NCBI GenBank assembly: GCA_965237675.1
Contig: OZ250150.1
Location: forward strand, 3,808,001 to 3,872,000
Source of the DNA: Candidatus Latescibacterota bacterium
GTDB taxonomy: Bacteria > Latescibacterota > UBA2968 > GCA-2709665
DNA length: 64,000 bases
Direction: 5' to 3'
The notes beneath the pieces are model-generated. The model saw nothing but the letters and a program-made list of their open reading frames with translations, was not told the DNA's origin and ran no database searches. Shown here piece after piece: positions 19,107 through 29,993 of the stretch. Numbering within the stretch: the first letter of the stretch is position 1; each line of letters starts with the position of its first letter. A program made the position numbers and the translations under genes.

Positions 19107-19190
19107 TTGAACCAAAAACCCAAACAGTTGACATCAGCGCCGTGAAGAGACGAGACCAGAACGGGCGCAGCGAGACGGGATGTATCGGCG

Positions 19191-19261
19191 CCTGCCTGTG
19201 CGTGCAGCCTCACGCACGCAGACAGGGATGAATGGTAACATATTTCTGGGACGGGACACTA
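19191..19261. repeat. REP-like palindrome plus an orphan IS630-like end
   Basis: CCTGCCTGTGCGTG-CAGCCT-CACGCACGCAGACAGG; minus strand 19261-19241 TAGTGTCCCGTCCCAGAAATA matches the IS630 left end at 15/21 positions. Confidence 0.4.
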
Positions 19262-19373
19262 AACCGGAGTTCCATCGATACCTGCTGCGTGCTGTCCGCT
19301 GATCATGGAGTCGCCCATGGCGTATACTGAAGTTTAACGGAGTCTTCATAAAGCCGATGCCGTGCATCCCATT

Positions 19374-22164
19374 TTACAGGTAATGCGATAGACGCAGATA
19401 AAGATATCTACCCAAAAAATCGTAGGAACTGGCGTCCGAGGTGCCGAGAAAGCCATTGAAAATCACCGCCGGAGCCTGATTGAAGACGTTGTTGATTCCG
19501 GCGGTGAATACGGAAGCGCCTGCGGCGTTTCCGACACGTCCGCGCGATACAGGCCCTTCCGCAATACAGGCCCTTGCAATCGTCTTTTTCGCATTCCAGA
19601 AAGCCGCCGACGTACTGCCAGTTCAGACCGAACGAGGCGCGCGGCTGCCTCAGACCGACCGACGCCGCGTGCCGCCATCTGGGGAACACACCCAAATCGT
19701 AGAACCCTCTGCCCTTTACCAGTTCCAGCCCGCTTGCCGACGGCATCAGTTGATCGTATTTCAAGAGCATGTTGGTCTCCATGCGAGCGGTAATGAAGCC
19801 CAGCCGGGAATCGGCCGTGTAGTCGAATTCGATATCCAGTCCGGTGGTTTCGGTTTCGCCAACGTTGGCGCCTTGCGAAAAGATGGTCGTAATCAGATTC
19901 GTTCCGGGATCCCGAACGATCTGATCGCAGTAGGACGGTGTGTCCTGCGAATAGCAGTTGCTCAAGATGAGTCCGGCGGACAGGGCCCCGATCACGTCCT
20001 CGATTTTGTTGGTATAATAGGTGATGGCAATATCCAGGTTTTCGGCGAAATCCGGCTGGTAAACAAGACCGGCCGTAATCATGGCGGCGGTCTCCGGATC
20101 GAGATCGGTAGAGCCGCCTACCCTGGCTCTCAGCTGCGCCCGTGAGTCCCGAAAATTGGCCGGCACGCCCGCGGCCGCGCAATGTCTCTGTTGCTCAGCC
20201 GTCAACGTCCGGGGATCGCCCGCTTCGTCCACCACACTGCAAGGATCGCTTACCGCCGGGAAGGCATCGCTCTGGCCGAGGAACATTTCGGCGATGCCGG
20301 GAGCACGAAACGCGTTGGATATCGTTGCCCGGAGTGTGAGCCCGCGGGGAAGTTCGCAACGGGCGCCTGCCTCGTACGTAAAGCCGCTGCCAAAGGTGTC
20401 GTAATCGAATGCCCGGCCGGCTGCCGTCAGATCCAATCCAAAGGCATCCGCTCGATAAACCGGCACGGAGGTCTCCCCGTAAAGGGCCCTCACCGAATAG
20501 GCGCCTTCCGTGGCTTCTTCCTTGCTTCCGGTGGTATTGCCTGACTCGGTTATCGGATCGGGAAGATAGGCGCCGGCCTCCCAGCGCGAAGACACGCCCG
20601 CGGCCACAGCCAGAGGCCCGGCCGGCAGTTTGGCGATCTGCCCGGTCAGGTTCCATTGGAGAATCTTCTGCCTGGAATGGCCCGTGGCGATGCCCGAATA
20701 CTGGATGTAGTCCAGCATTTCCCGTGTAATGGTACCCGCGCCGTGCAGCAGATCGAGCGGTACGCAGTCGCCGATGGCGGCGCATTCCGCGTCGGGCCCC
20801 AGCGCACGGGCGACGTTGCTGCGGATGAATCGGCCCTCGTTGATATTAGTGCCCTCGCTGCGGCCGTACGAATACGATAAATCGGTGTCGAAACCCGGAA
20901 GCGGATATTCAAGGCCGAGGACGATGCGATAGGTGTTGATATCCTGAAGAAAATTGCGATTGCCCGCTTCGACGAACCGGCGGCGGACGTCGTAAAAGTC
21001 ACGGCCGAATTCATTATATATGTTCGTGGACGATACGGCGAGGCCCTCACTGATGATGAAAAGGGGGGTCGGCGCGAGCTTCTGATCGGATTGCCGGTTG
21101 GTGTACGAGACCTCGAAGAAGCTTTTCGCCTCCGGGGCGAATTCATAGGAACCGCTGAGAAAGGTCGTGTATCGGGTCTGCGGCGTGTAGAGGTAATTTT
21201 CCGGCTGGAAATTGTAGAGGTCTCCGCTGCCGTCCGAAGAATTGCCCGCCCAGTTGAACGGGCGCCATCCTGCGTTGGGGTCGCGGTGGAAGTCGCCGGC
21301 GCTTTCACCGGCAGCCGCAGCCAGGGCCTGCCACGCCGCGTTGCCGGGCGCGCCCGTTTGGTCGATGATGTGGCCCTCGGGGGTGGCCGAACTGCCGCTC
21401 GTGGCGTAGGTGCCGTCGTTCTTTTCCCAGTCGTACGTCTTGTCCTCCGTACTGAAGGGCCGGTTGCCGGTCCATACGGGCTTCCGGTTGTGGTAGCCGG
21501 CCGTAAACAGGACGCTGCCCTTTTCGCTCGTCAGGCCGGCGGTCACGCTGATATCCAGCGACTCGCCGTCGCCCTCGCCCGAGACACCCTGGTAGAATTC
21601 GAATTCAAGGCCCTCGGTTTCGGACCTCGTGATGATATTGACAACGCCCCCGACCGCATCCGAACCATACACGGCCGACGCGCCGTCCTTGAGCACTTCG
21701 ACGCGTTCAACGGCGGAGGCTGGAATGGCGTTGAGATCGACCGAGGAATTCGCGCCGGTGCCGCCCGGCACGAAGCGGCGTCCGTTGAGCAGAACCAGGG
21801 TTCGATGAGCACCCAGTCCCCGGAGACTGATACGGGTCGATCCGTCTCCTCCGTTATTTGCCTGGGTATTGATGGCATTGGACTGAACGGTAAGAGTCTG
21901 CAGCACGTCTCCGATCGACGCCAGGCCCCTTGCCTTGATTTCATCCCGCGACAGGACTACGACGGTGGCCGGCGTAAGGAGTTCATCGCTCTTGATCCGC
22001 GAACCGGTCACGGTAATGGCTTCGAGTTCGTAGACGATCTCCTCTTCTTCTTCGGTCTCTTCAACATCTTCGACGTCTTCGGCAGACGCCCGGGTAACGC
22101 ACGCGGCGCCGATGAGAAAGGCAAGGGAAACCGCAATCCGGAGGAAGGGGAATCTGACGCGCAT
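19374..22164 (-). pseudogene. TonB-dependent receptor, disrupted near the 3' end
   Basis: Signal peptide, ITVTGSRI, plug LRGLG..RTLVLLNGRR, VERVEVLKDGASAVYGSDAVGGVVNIIT; the true tail TAGINNVFNQAP...YDFLGRYLYLRLSHYL* is out of frame after a duplication at 19547-19575. Confidence 0.82.
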
Positions 22165-22569
22165 GATGGCAATCTACTGTGATGGCACGGCGGATGGCAG
22201 AAACCCGCCGATACGAGCGTGCACGGGGATTTTTGAGCCTTTTTGAGTCGGCGCCTTTGGCCGAGAACTCGCACGGCCACTTACGATTTAAAGTAAAAGT
22301 GTCGCAAAATATAACACCTCGAATCAAATCGCTGCAAGATGTTTCGACAATTGTATAAAACAAGCCGATACATCCGCGACGATCGTGAGGCGTCGGGATG
22401 GAGATCCGCCTTCGGATAACTCTTTCGGCGAACCATGGCAAATCCGCTGAACCCACCGCCGGCGGTCATGCGATACCGGTTGTGTTTTTCACGTGCCCTC
22501 TGTAATTTGACGCCCTTGATCTCGCTCATTCTACAGACAGCAAAGGCAGTTTCATTCAGGAGGGTGACG

Positions 22570-23166
22570 ATGATTAGAACTTTCCGGCGGTGGATGCGGA
22601 TAGCCGCGGTATCCCGCCGGCAGTGGCCGTTGATTATGCTGCTGGCAGCGGGCCTGTTCGCCGCCTGCGGTAAGGACACCGTATCCGAGGAAGCCTCACA
22701 GGATTTGAGGGATATCAGCCGGATTGAGGATCTTAAGGCGATCTTCAATCAGGACGCGGGCGTCCCGCGTCTCATTTTGCTGCTTTCTCCCACCTGACCG
22801 GTCTGCCAGGCAGGCGCCAGTTGGGTGCAGGAAGAGATTCTGGGAAAGAACACCGGTGCAAACGTGAACGTTTACGCGGTCTGGCTTCCGATAATCGCCA
22901 GCGATGCCCGGTCGGAGTGGAAGAAGAGCCTGCTTCCGGACCCGAGGGTGATGCATCTCTGGGACGAGCAGCGCGTTACCGGGCGATGGTTCGCGCAGCA
23001 GGAATGGTATGGGAAGGACGTGGACGTCGCGTGGGACATCTATGTCCTGTTCGGCCCGGAAGCACGATGGGACAGGTCGCCCGGCCCGGTAATCAGCTGG
23101 GGGGAAACGGTCGTGGACACCCGTGAGCGGCTAAGGCGGGATTTTCAGTCACTGCTGGGCGGATAG
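22570..23166 (+). CDS. Thioredoxin-fold lipoprotein, candidate selenoprotein (UxxC)
   Basis: CAGGAGGG RBS, lipobox FAAC; ORFs 22435..22797 and 22825..23166 are one frame joined as RLILLLSPT-UGA(22795-22797)-PVC-QAGASWV. Confidence 0.85.
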
Positions 23167-23257
23167 GGCGGGGGCGAGAAACAACGCGAGGCACCACGTC
23201 TGGTATGTGGGAGGGTACGGAAAAAGGGGGCGGCTTTCCGGAACGAAGCCTGCGAGT

Positions 23258-23290
23258 AAAAAAGGGGAGTCGATTTCTCGACTCCCCTTT
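23258..23290 (-). terminator. Intrinsic terminator after tRNA-fMet
   Basis: AAAGGGGAGTCGA-TTTC-TCGACTCCCCTTT with a U6 tail on the minus strand. Confidence 0.85.
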
Positions 23291-23298
23291 GGCTTTAT

Positions 23299-23375
<77 letters not shown>

Positions 23376-23422
23376 ACCATTAATGTCAGTGCAGTTGAAA
23401 TCTACCAATCCGACATCATTTG

Positions 23423-24712
23423 TCAAGCGATTTCTTGGGTTTTGTCCTGTTTGTTCCGGTCCGGTTCCTGTTTGACAATTCGGACCGTGGTGATGCGCTG
23501 ACCGACCACTTCCTCAACCGAGAGGGTGAGGTTTTCGAATACGAACGTCTCTTCCGGGCCGGGGACGCGTCCGAGGTGGTTGTAGATAAAGCCGCCCAGG
23601 GTTTCGTAACCGTCGCGCGGAAGTTCGATATTCAGGATCATGTTCAGATCGTCGATATCGAGTCGCGCGTCGGCGACCAGCACTTGCCCGTCTTTGTCCC
23701 AGTGGAAGAGCGGCTCCTCCTCGTCGTATTCGTCATGGATCTCACCGACGATCTCTTCAATGAGGTCCTCCAGAGTGACCAGCCCGGAGGTGCCGCCGAA
23801 TTCGTTGATGACAATAGCCATGTGCACCTTGTGGGTGTTGAACTCCCGCATCAATTCGTCGATCTTTTTGTTTTCGGGAACGAAATACGGCTGGCGCATG
23901 GCGCCCTCGGGCGTCCAGGACTGTCCTTTGCTGAGGAGTTCGAGCAGGTCCTTGGCATAGACCACGCCTTCGATATGGTCCACGCGTTCACGATAAATCG
24001 GAATGCGGGAATGCCGTTTCTGCTGAATCAGGGAAAGGATATCCGCCGGTTCCGAGGAGACTTCGGCGCACACCATGTCGATGCGCGGCACCATGACTTC
24101 TCTAACCGTGGTTTCGCCGAATTCGAAAATGCCGGCGATCATGTCTCTTTCTTCCTCTTCTATTGTGCCCTCCTCGGTCTCGGTTTCCACCATCTGACGC
24201 AGTTCTTCCTCCTTTATGGCTCTGGTATCGGTTTCGCTGATAAAAAGGCTCTGCGCCTTCAGGAGGAGCAGCGTTGGGGCAAGCAGCAACAGATAGAGTG
24301 GATAGTAGACGGCAATCAGATGAGGTAGAGGTCGATCGGATCCTTCTTCGCGCATGTAGAAAGAGACTGTATTGCCAATCAGCAACGAAATCAGTACGAA
24401 CGCGGCGATGCTCAGCAGATCTCGTAGAAGTGGCCACGCGAAGTCGTTCAGCCCGGACCGTGTAAGGAAGGCGAAGGCAAGCCCACCCATCGCGATGGAG
24501 ATCGATTGGCCGAACGTGACCGTCAGGCCCAGGGCGTACCTTGGTCGGTACATCGATAGAAGGAGGTTCGCGCGCGGGACGGCTTCGTCACGGAGGCGTT
24601 CGAGCGTAGCCCGGGAAATCGTGCTCCCGATTGCGCCTACTCGGGCAATGAGAGCGGTGGCGACCAGAGACACACCCGCGACAAGTGCTGCCAGCCATTC
24701 GGAGTCATCCAA
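23423..24712 (-). CDS. HlyC/CorC (CNNM, CBS pair, CorC) membrane protein
   Basis: TM region, VREVMVPRIDM, HSRIPIY, HMAIVINEFGGTSGLVTLEDLIEEIVGEIHDEYD, YETLGGF. Confidence 0.92.
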   Translation of the reverse strand: MDDSEWLAALVAGVSLVATALIARVGAIGSTISRATLERLRDEAVPRANLLLSMYRPRYALGLTVTFGQSISIAMGGLAFAFLTRSGLNDFAWPLLRDLLSIAAFVLISLLIGNTVSFYMREEGSDRPLPHLIAVYYPLYLLLLAPTLLLLKAQSLFISETDTRAIKEEELRQMVETETEEGTIEEEERDMIAGIFEFGETTVREVMVPRIDMVCAEVSSEPADILSLIQQKRHSRIPIYRERVDHIEGVVYAKDLLELLSKGQSWTPEGAMRQPYFVPENKKIDELMREFNTHKVHMAIVINEFGGTSGLVTLEDLIEEIVGEIHDEYDEEEPLFHWDKDGQVLVADARLDIDDLNMILNIELPRDGYETLGGFIYNHLGRVPGPEETFVFENLTLSVEEVVGQRITTVRIVKQEPDRNKQDKTQEIA

Positions 24713-24719
24713 AATGGAT

Positions 24720-25172
24720 TCACGCTCCTTTCAGATCTATGCCTTCTCGAAAACGGGCCATATACTCCCGCTCCCTGCATCGCATGGAGTCTCTGGCCAT
24801 GGGAGAGTCGTGGCGGTACCCGAGCAGATGCAGGGTTCCGTGAATTGCGAGCCATGCAATTTCGTCGGACACGCATCGGGAAGCTTCCCGGGCCTGTACA
24901 CCGGCTCGATCCACCGAAACGTAGATTTCACCCAGGTCGTCGCTCTCCGGATGGACCGGATCCGCCAGATCGAAGGAAAGAACGTCCGTTGGCACAAACG
25001 TGCCCTTGAATTCCCCGTTTAAACGGCAAAGCGCTTCGTCGTCGGACAGAATCAGGGTGATAAAGCCATCCGCGCCATGATCCTCCAGGACCCTGGCAAG
25101 CAGGATGTCAAGATTCGTCAGGTCCAACGTTTCCGAAAGTGGCGCCGCCTGTTCAATGCGGATCCGGTTCAC
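24720..25172 (-). CDS. ybeY: rRNA maturation endoribonuclease YbeY
   Basis: PTDVLSF, LGEIYVS, HGTLHLLGYRH; GTG 25172 overlaps the upstream stop (GTGA). Confidence 0.9.
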   Translation of the reverse strand: MNRIRIEQAAPLSETLDLTNLDILLARVLEDHGADGFITLILSDDEALCRLNGEFKGTFVPTDVLSFDLADPVHPESDDLGEIYVSVDRAGVQAREASRCVSDEIAWLAIHGTLHLLGYRHDSPMARDSMRCREREYMARFREGIDLKGA

Positions 25173-27475
25173 AGAACTTCCTTCCTGCGCCTGGATTGAT
25201 CCCGTTTCTGCTCGTGTTGCCACGGATAGGCAACGCGGCTGTGCCAGGTGGCCTCGAGAATGGGCAGAAATGCTTTCTGAATTTGGGTCAAATCTCTGAG
25301 TGTCAGGTCGCATTCGTCCAATTCTCCGGCGGTAAACCTTCCCTTCACGAGCGTTTGAACCATGTCACGTGTTTCGTCGTGGGAGTTGCTGGTGAGGGTG
25401 CGGGTTGCGGACTCCACAGCGTCGGCCAGGCTGATGATGCCGGCCTCGATGGTTTGGGGCCTCGGACCGGGGTATCGAAAATCCTCGCCGCGTACCTCGT
25501 GCGCTGCGCCGCGTTCTAAAGCGCTCTGTTTGAAGCCTGCAATTTCGCTGGTACCGTGATGCTGGGAAATCATATCGATGATGACCCGAGGCAGACCTTC
25601 CTCTTCGGCCATTCTGACGCCGTCCTTCACGTGCGAGATCAGAATCAGGGCGCTAAGACGCGGCTGGAGTTCATCGTGTGGATTCACGCCTTTCTGGTTT
25701 TCGATAAAATAGTGGGGTCGAATCATCTTGCCGATGTCATGGAAATAACAGCCAACCCGCGCGAGCAGGGCGTTGGCTCCCGTGACCTCCGCGGCCGCCT
25801 CCGAAAGCCTGGCCATGATGATACTATGACTGTACGTTCCCGGCGCCCGAATGGCCAGGTTACGCAACAAGGGCCGGTTCAGGTCCGAGAGTTCCAGCAG
25901 CGTGTAGGTTGTGACCACGCTGAATGCGCTTTCGAAGATCGGCAGGAGACCGATGGTTAGAACCGAGGATGCACAGGCAGTAAAGGTACCCAGAACCAGG
26001 TCCCACTTGACCTTCTGGAAAAATTCTCCGAAACTGGAATAGCTGAACAACAGGGTGACCGTGGCGAGGGTGGAGAGGAGATAGGCGCCGACCAGGAAGG
26101 CGATGGATCGGTAGAAGAAGTCGCTGCGACGGTGGACCGGGCGTACGCAGTACGCTCCGGCGGCCCCGGTTATCAGGTAGATCAGACCATGCGACAGGCT
26201 TCCCACGATGCTTGCGCAAAGGGTGGCGCAGACGAACGATACGACCAGGCCGATTTCGGTGTCGAAGAGTACGGTCGCCAGCATCACCGAAAGCGCTACC
26301 GGTACCAGCAGGGGCGTGACCGCCGACACGGTTGCCGCATAGGACGCGACAAGGCATGGCATGACCACCAGGATGCCGAACAGGACAAGGTTCGACGTGG
26401 ACGCGAAGACCGACGGGCGGGACACCTGAAGAAACATAAACAGAACGGCAACCAGCAGTGCACTGATAACGGCCTGGGCGGCGACCTGAAGATGATACAG
26501 ATAGGGGACCTTTTCGATCGCCCGGTTCATTTGCACGGCCAGAGAACGCAACTGGTCCATGTGTTCGGAGGTGACACGGTCGTGTTTGTCGACGATGCGT
26601 TCACCTCCCAGAACCGTTCCCTTGTAGGGTGTGACCCTTGCCGCGGCCTCGTCCGTGCGACGTTCGGTCTCCTCTTTGCTGTAGGTGAGGTTGGGCGCGA
26701 GAAATACAACCACAAGTTCGTAGACGGTCTTTATCTCTGCGGGGGTTCCCTGCGGGACCTGCCTGTCGATTTCATCCTGCAGGCTCCGCTCATACCATTC
26801 CAGGCCCCGGATGGGGGCAGCCGAAATGCGCTTTTCCAGGTCGTTTTGAACGAGAAGCACCTCCGTGACGTCGTTTCCGAAGACCTCGGCGTCCTGGTCC
26901 AGGACACCATCAGTGTAACTGGATTCGAGAAGACCGCGTACGGTCGTGCGAAGGTTTTCGAATCCGGTGGGGTAATTGGCCGCCTGATTGATAAGAAAGC
27001 GCAGACTGGCCTGCGATACCGAACCGATTTCCGAATGTGCCTGCTGCAGGCGGTAAACGGCCGAATCCGGATCGGTGGAGACACTAAACGCAGCCAGATC
27101 TTCGAGGAATTTTTCCAACGCGCGTTGTCGATCGATCGACACGTCCGCATTGGAAATCAGAACCGGAAGAACTTCGCTGCGGGCGGTTTCCACTTCGCGG
27201 CCATATTCGGTCTCGTTCTTGAGCACTTTGAAGTTTTCCGGCGCGATAACTTCGTAAGGTGCGATGGTGCCCTCGCTGAAGGCGTTGTGTTCGTTGTTTC
27301 TCCTGGCAATCGGGAAGAAATACGTCAACAGGGCAACCAGCGTCAACAGGAGCCCCGCGCGTAACAGAACCCTGATGCGCTGCCGCAGCCCTGGCTGCGG
27401 CAGCGCATCAGGGTCACCATTGCCCGCGCCCGCGAGTCCGGTGTACAGGAGCATTCGTCGGAGACTTCGCATCAT
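25169..27475 (-). CDS. 7TM-HDED/HDIG phosphohydrolase (PgpH-like)
   Basis: Extracytoplasmic domain, 7 TMs, LLELSDLNRPLL..APGTYSHS, FHDIGK, HHGT, FRYPGPRPQT, LADAVESA. Confidence 0.92.
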   Translation of the reverse strand: MMRSLRRMLLYTGLAGAGNGDPDALPQPGLRQRIRVLLRAGLLLTLVALLTYFFPIARRNNEHNAFSEGTIAPYEVIAPENFKVLKNETEYGREVETARSEVLPVLISNADVSIDRQRALEKFLEDLAAFSVSTDPDSAVYRLQQAHSEIGSVSQASLRFLINQAANYPTGFENLRTTVRGLLESSYTDGVLDQDAEVFGNDVTEVLLVQNDLEKRISAAPIRGLEWYERSLQDEIDRQVPQGTPAEIKTVYELVVVFLAPNLTYSKEETERRTDEAAARVTPYKGTVLGGERIVDKHDRVTSEHMDQLRSLAVQMNRAIEKVPYLYHLQVAAQAVISALLVAVLFMFLQVSRPSVFASTSNLVLFGILVVMPCLVASYAATVSAVTPLLVPVALSVMLATVLFDTEIGLVVSFVCATLCASIVGSLSHGLIYLITGAAGAYCVRPVHRRSDFFYRSIAFLVGAYLLSTLATVTLLFSYSSFGEFFQKVKWDLVLGTFTACASSVLTIGLLPIFESAFSVVTTYTLLELSDLNRPLLRNLAIRAPGTYSHSIIMARLSEAAAEVTGANALLARVGCYFHDIGKMIRPHYFIENQKGVNPHDELQPRLSALILISHVKDGVRMAEEEGLPRVIIDMISQHHGTSEIAGFKQSALERGAAHEVRGEDFRYPGPRPQTIEAGIISLADAVESATRTLTSNSHDETRDMVQTLVKGRFTAGELDECDLTLRDLTQIQKAFLPILEATWHSRVAYPWQHEQKRDQSRRRKEVL

Positions 27476-27490
27476 CGCCCGCGTAACCTT

Positions 27491-28483
27491 TCACAACCCG
27501 TCGGTTTCGTGCTGCACAGGCGCGTCCGTTCCCTGAAGCCGCTTTTGGCTTTCATAACGGTCGTATGCGGAGATAATCTTCCGGACCAGCGCGTGACGCA
27601 CAACATCCTGATCGGTGAAGTACACGAACCGGACGGCCTCAATATGCGAGAGGATCTGCTGAACGTGCACAAGCCCGGACACATTGTCCGGGGGGAGGTC
27701 GATCTGGGTGACATCGCCGTTGACAACGGTTTTGGAGTTGGCCCCCAGTCGTGTAAGAAACATCTTCATCTGGCTGATGGTCGTGTTCTGAGCCTCATCC
27801 AGAATCACAAAGGCGTTGTTGAGTGTGCGACCCCGCATGAATGCCAGCGGGGCGATTTCCAGTGTCCGGCGTTCAAGCAGATGTTGCATATGCTCGCCGG
27901 GAATCATGTCTCTCAACGCATCGTATAGCGGTCTCAGATAGGGATCGACCTTCTCCTGGATATCGCCCGGCAGAAATCCCAGGTTTTCTCCTGCTTCTAC
28001 CGCCGGACGGGTCAGAATGATCCTCGAAACTTCCTTGCGTTTCAAGGCGGCGGCGGCGCACGCGACTGCGAGATAGGTCTTGCCGGTCCCGGCGGGGCCG
28101 ATACCGAAAACGATATCGAAGTTCTCGATTCCGGTCACATATTGTTGCTGGGCCGCCGAACGGGGCCGAATCACGCATTTCTGCGTGACCAAGCCGGTCT
28201 GTGCGGATTCGGATGGACCGTTTTCGGCAGATTTCATGCTTGTCAGGTTGGGACGTTCGGGCGTACTCCCGCGCCGCAAGCACGAAACCATCTCTTCCAA
28301 TAGGCCGGAAACATGCCGAACTTTGTAGGCGGGCCCGGTGATCGTGACGGTTTCGCCTCGTGCCGTAAGGTGGACGCCGTAACGGGCCTCAAGCGCCAGG
28401 AGGTTGACGTCGTTGTGGCCGTAGAGGGTTAGCGGATCGACACCCTGGATGGTTAGCTGATGGGATAAAGTTGGATCTCTCAA
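27491..28483 (-). CDS. phoH: PhoH family ATPase
   Basis: GPAGTGKTYLA, TRPAVEAGENLGFLPG, APLAFMRGRTL, DEAQN, GDVTQIDL. Confidence 0.96.
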   Translation of the reverse strand: MRDPTLSHQLTIQGVDPLTLYGHNDVNLLALEARYGVHLTARGETVTITGPAYKVRHVSGLLEEMVSCLRRGSTPERPNLTSMKSAENGPSESAQTGLVTQKCVIRPRSAAQQQYVTGIENFDIVFGIGPAGTGKTYLAVACAAAALKRKEVSRIILTRPAVEAGENLGFLPGDIQEKVDPYLRPLYDALRDMIPGEHMQHLLERRTLEIAPLAFMRGRTLNNAFVILDEAQNTTISQMKMFLTRLGANSKTVVNGDVTQIDLPPDNVSGLVHVQQILSHIEAVRFVYFTDQDVVRHALVRKIISAYDRYESQKRLQGTDAPVQHETDGL

Positions 28484-28505
28484 CAGGTTACGTCTTCTCC
28501 CAAAT

Positions 28506-28550
28506 AAAAAAAGCCCTCGTTCCGGGCAGACTCCGGGAACGAGAGCTTTT
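28506..28550 (-). terminator. Intrinsic terminator after the LysM gene
   Basis: AAAAGCCCTCGTTCC...GGAACGAGAGCTTTT, U7 tail on the minus strand. Confidence 0.7.
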
Positions 28551-28635
28551 CAGAAGCCTTATTCGTCGTGTGAGTCGTTTTCCATTTTCTGAGGACGTAA
28601 ATCTCCGTAGTTCGGAACCGAGGTCCGGAGATTGA

Positions 28636-29487
28636 TTAGTTTTCCGGAACGTCGATGACCTGTGCCGGGAAGATAAGGTTTGGATTCATGATCTGTGACT
28701 TGTTCGCCCGATAAATGCGATGCCACTTCGACGGGTCGTTATAGACCATGCCGGCAATGCTCGTGAGGGTATGGCCGTGCATGACCAGATGTTGGCCTCT
28801 ATCTACGCCAAAGGGGATTTGAAGAACCCAACTGGGGTAGATGAGATCCGGATTCTTAATCTTGTCGCGGTTTTCGAGGTATATGCGTGGCCAAAGGTAG
28901 GCGTTGTCGTAGATTTCCTCGCTCTTGGCAATCTTCCACAGGTTGTCGTTCCGGAGCACCGTGTAGTCTTTGATCTTCTTCGCGGGCATCCGGGCGGATA
29001 TTCTTTCGACCAGTTGCACGATGGTCTTCAGCTTCGTCTGCGCTTTGAGAAGATGACGGATTTTGTTCTGTTTCAGTCCCTCTACCTCTTCGGAAATCGC
29101 ATCGAAATGATCCCGTTGGTCAAAAAGATCCGCGTCGGGAAGATTCATCAGGGCTCGAAGCTGGCCCTCGACACGATCCAGGGCGGCCATGTAGGCGTCG
29201 ATGCACGATTGATCGGGACAGCCAACCAAGCCCAGGATCTCCTGCATTGTACTTGCAATTTGCTCTTCCACGCCGGCGATTTGCTGTGCGATCCTATCTC
29301 CCGCATCTTTACAATCCTGAACTTTTTGCTTGACTTCCTGGATCTCTTTCTGCACGCTCGCAAGCTGCATTTCGTACTCTTCGTAGGTCATTTCGTCTTC
29401 CGACTGGGCAAAGGCCGCCAGCGGGACCAGAGCCATCGCTAACGCGGTGCAGACGAGCAAAAAACCGATGTGTTTGCGTTTCTTCAC
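28636..29487 (-). CDS. Secreted coiled-coil protein with two LysM domains
   Basis: Signal peptide (AFA-Q), long helical region, YTVLRNDNLWKIA..WPRIY..N...IKNPDLIYP and HTLTSIA..WHRIYRAN..IMNPNLIFP. Confidence 0.88.
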   Translation of the reverse strand: MKKRKHIGFLLVCTALAMALVPLAAFAQSEDEMTYEEYEMQLASVQKEIQEVKQKVQDCKDAGDRIAQQIAGVEEQIASTMQEILGLVGCPDQSCIDAYMAALDRVEGQLRALMNLPDADLFDQRDHFDAISEEVEGLKQNKIRHLLKAQTKLKTIVQLVERISARMPAKKIKDYTVLRNDNLWKIAKSEEIYDNAYLWPRIYLENRDKIKNPDLIYPSWVLQIPFGVDRGQHLVMHGHTLTSIAGMVYNDPSKWHRIYRANKSQIMNPNLIFPAQVIDVPEN

Positions 29488-29503
29488 AGGAAACTCCTTT
29501 CCA

Positions 29504-29779
29504 TTACGGATTCAGGGCGTTCTGCACGGCGTCCCGATTGGCGGTAATCCCTTGAAGTTCTTGTTTCTTTTCAGCCAGGGTGCGTTCCAGTTCAGCCCGC
29601 TTCTGGCGGCAGGCATCCAGGTCCGCTTCGGCCGCCCGCGCGTTGTTCCGTGCGTCTTCCAGCATCTGGAGATCTTCTTCCGAGGTCATTGCAATACAGC
29701 CCGAAAGAAGAGGCAGAAAGACCAGCGCCAGCACGACGCCAAATCCGGTAAAACGATCCGTCAATTTGCGCTTAGCCAT
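29504..29779 (-). CDS. Small coiled-coil lipoprotein
   Basis: Lipobox LSGC followed by about 60 aa of heptad-like sequence; 16 nt upstream of the LysM gene. Confidence 0.75.
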   Translation of the reverse strand: MAKRKLTDRFTGFGVVLALVFLPLLSGCIAMTSEEDLQMLEDARNNARAAEADLDACRQKRAELERTLAEKKQELQGITANRDAVQNALNP

Positions 29780-29993
29780 CGATGTCTCCTTGGGGACATG
29801 TATTCATGCGTTGAACGAACGTCGAATTCACAGACAAACCGAATACGGCGCCTATCGTGGACGCATTCTGTGAAATGCGCAAGAACACCGTCTGTTCGAG
29901 GTGCTTTTAGTGCCTCCAAATTACTACAAGAACGGGTTAAAGTCAAGAAAAAAATCTACATGATTTCTTAGTAGGACGGTGGATATAGGGGGT

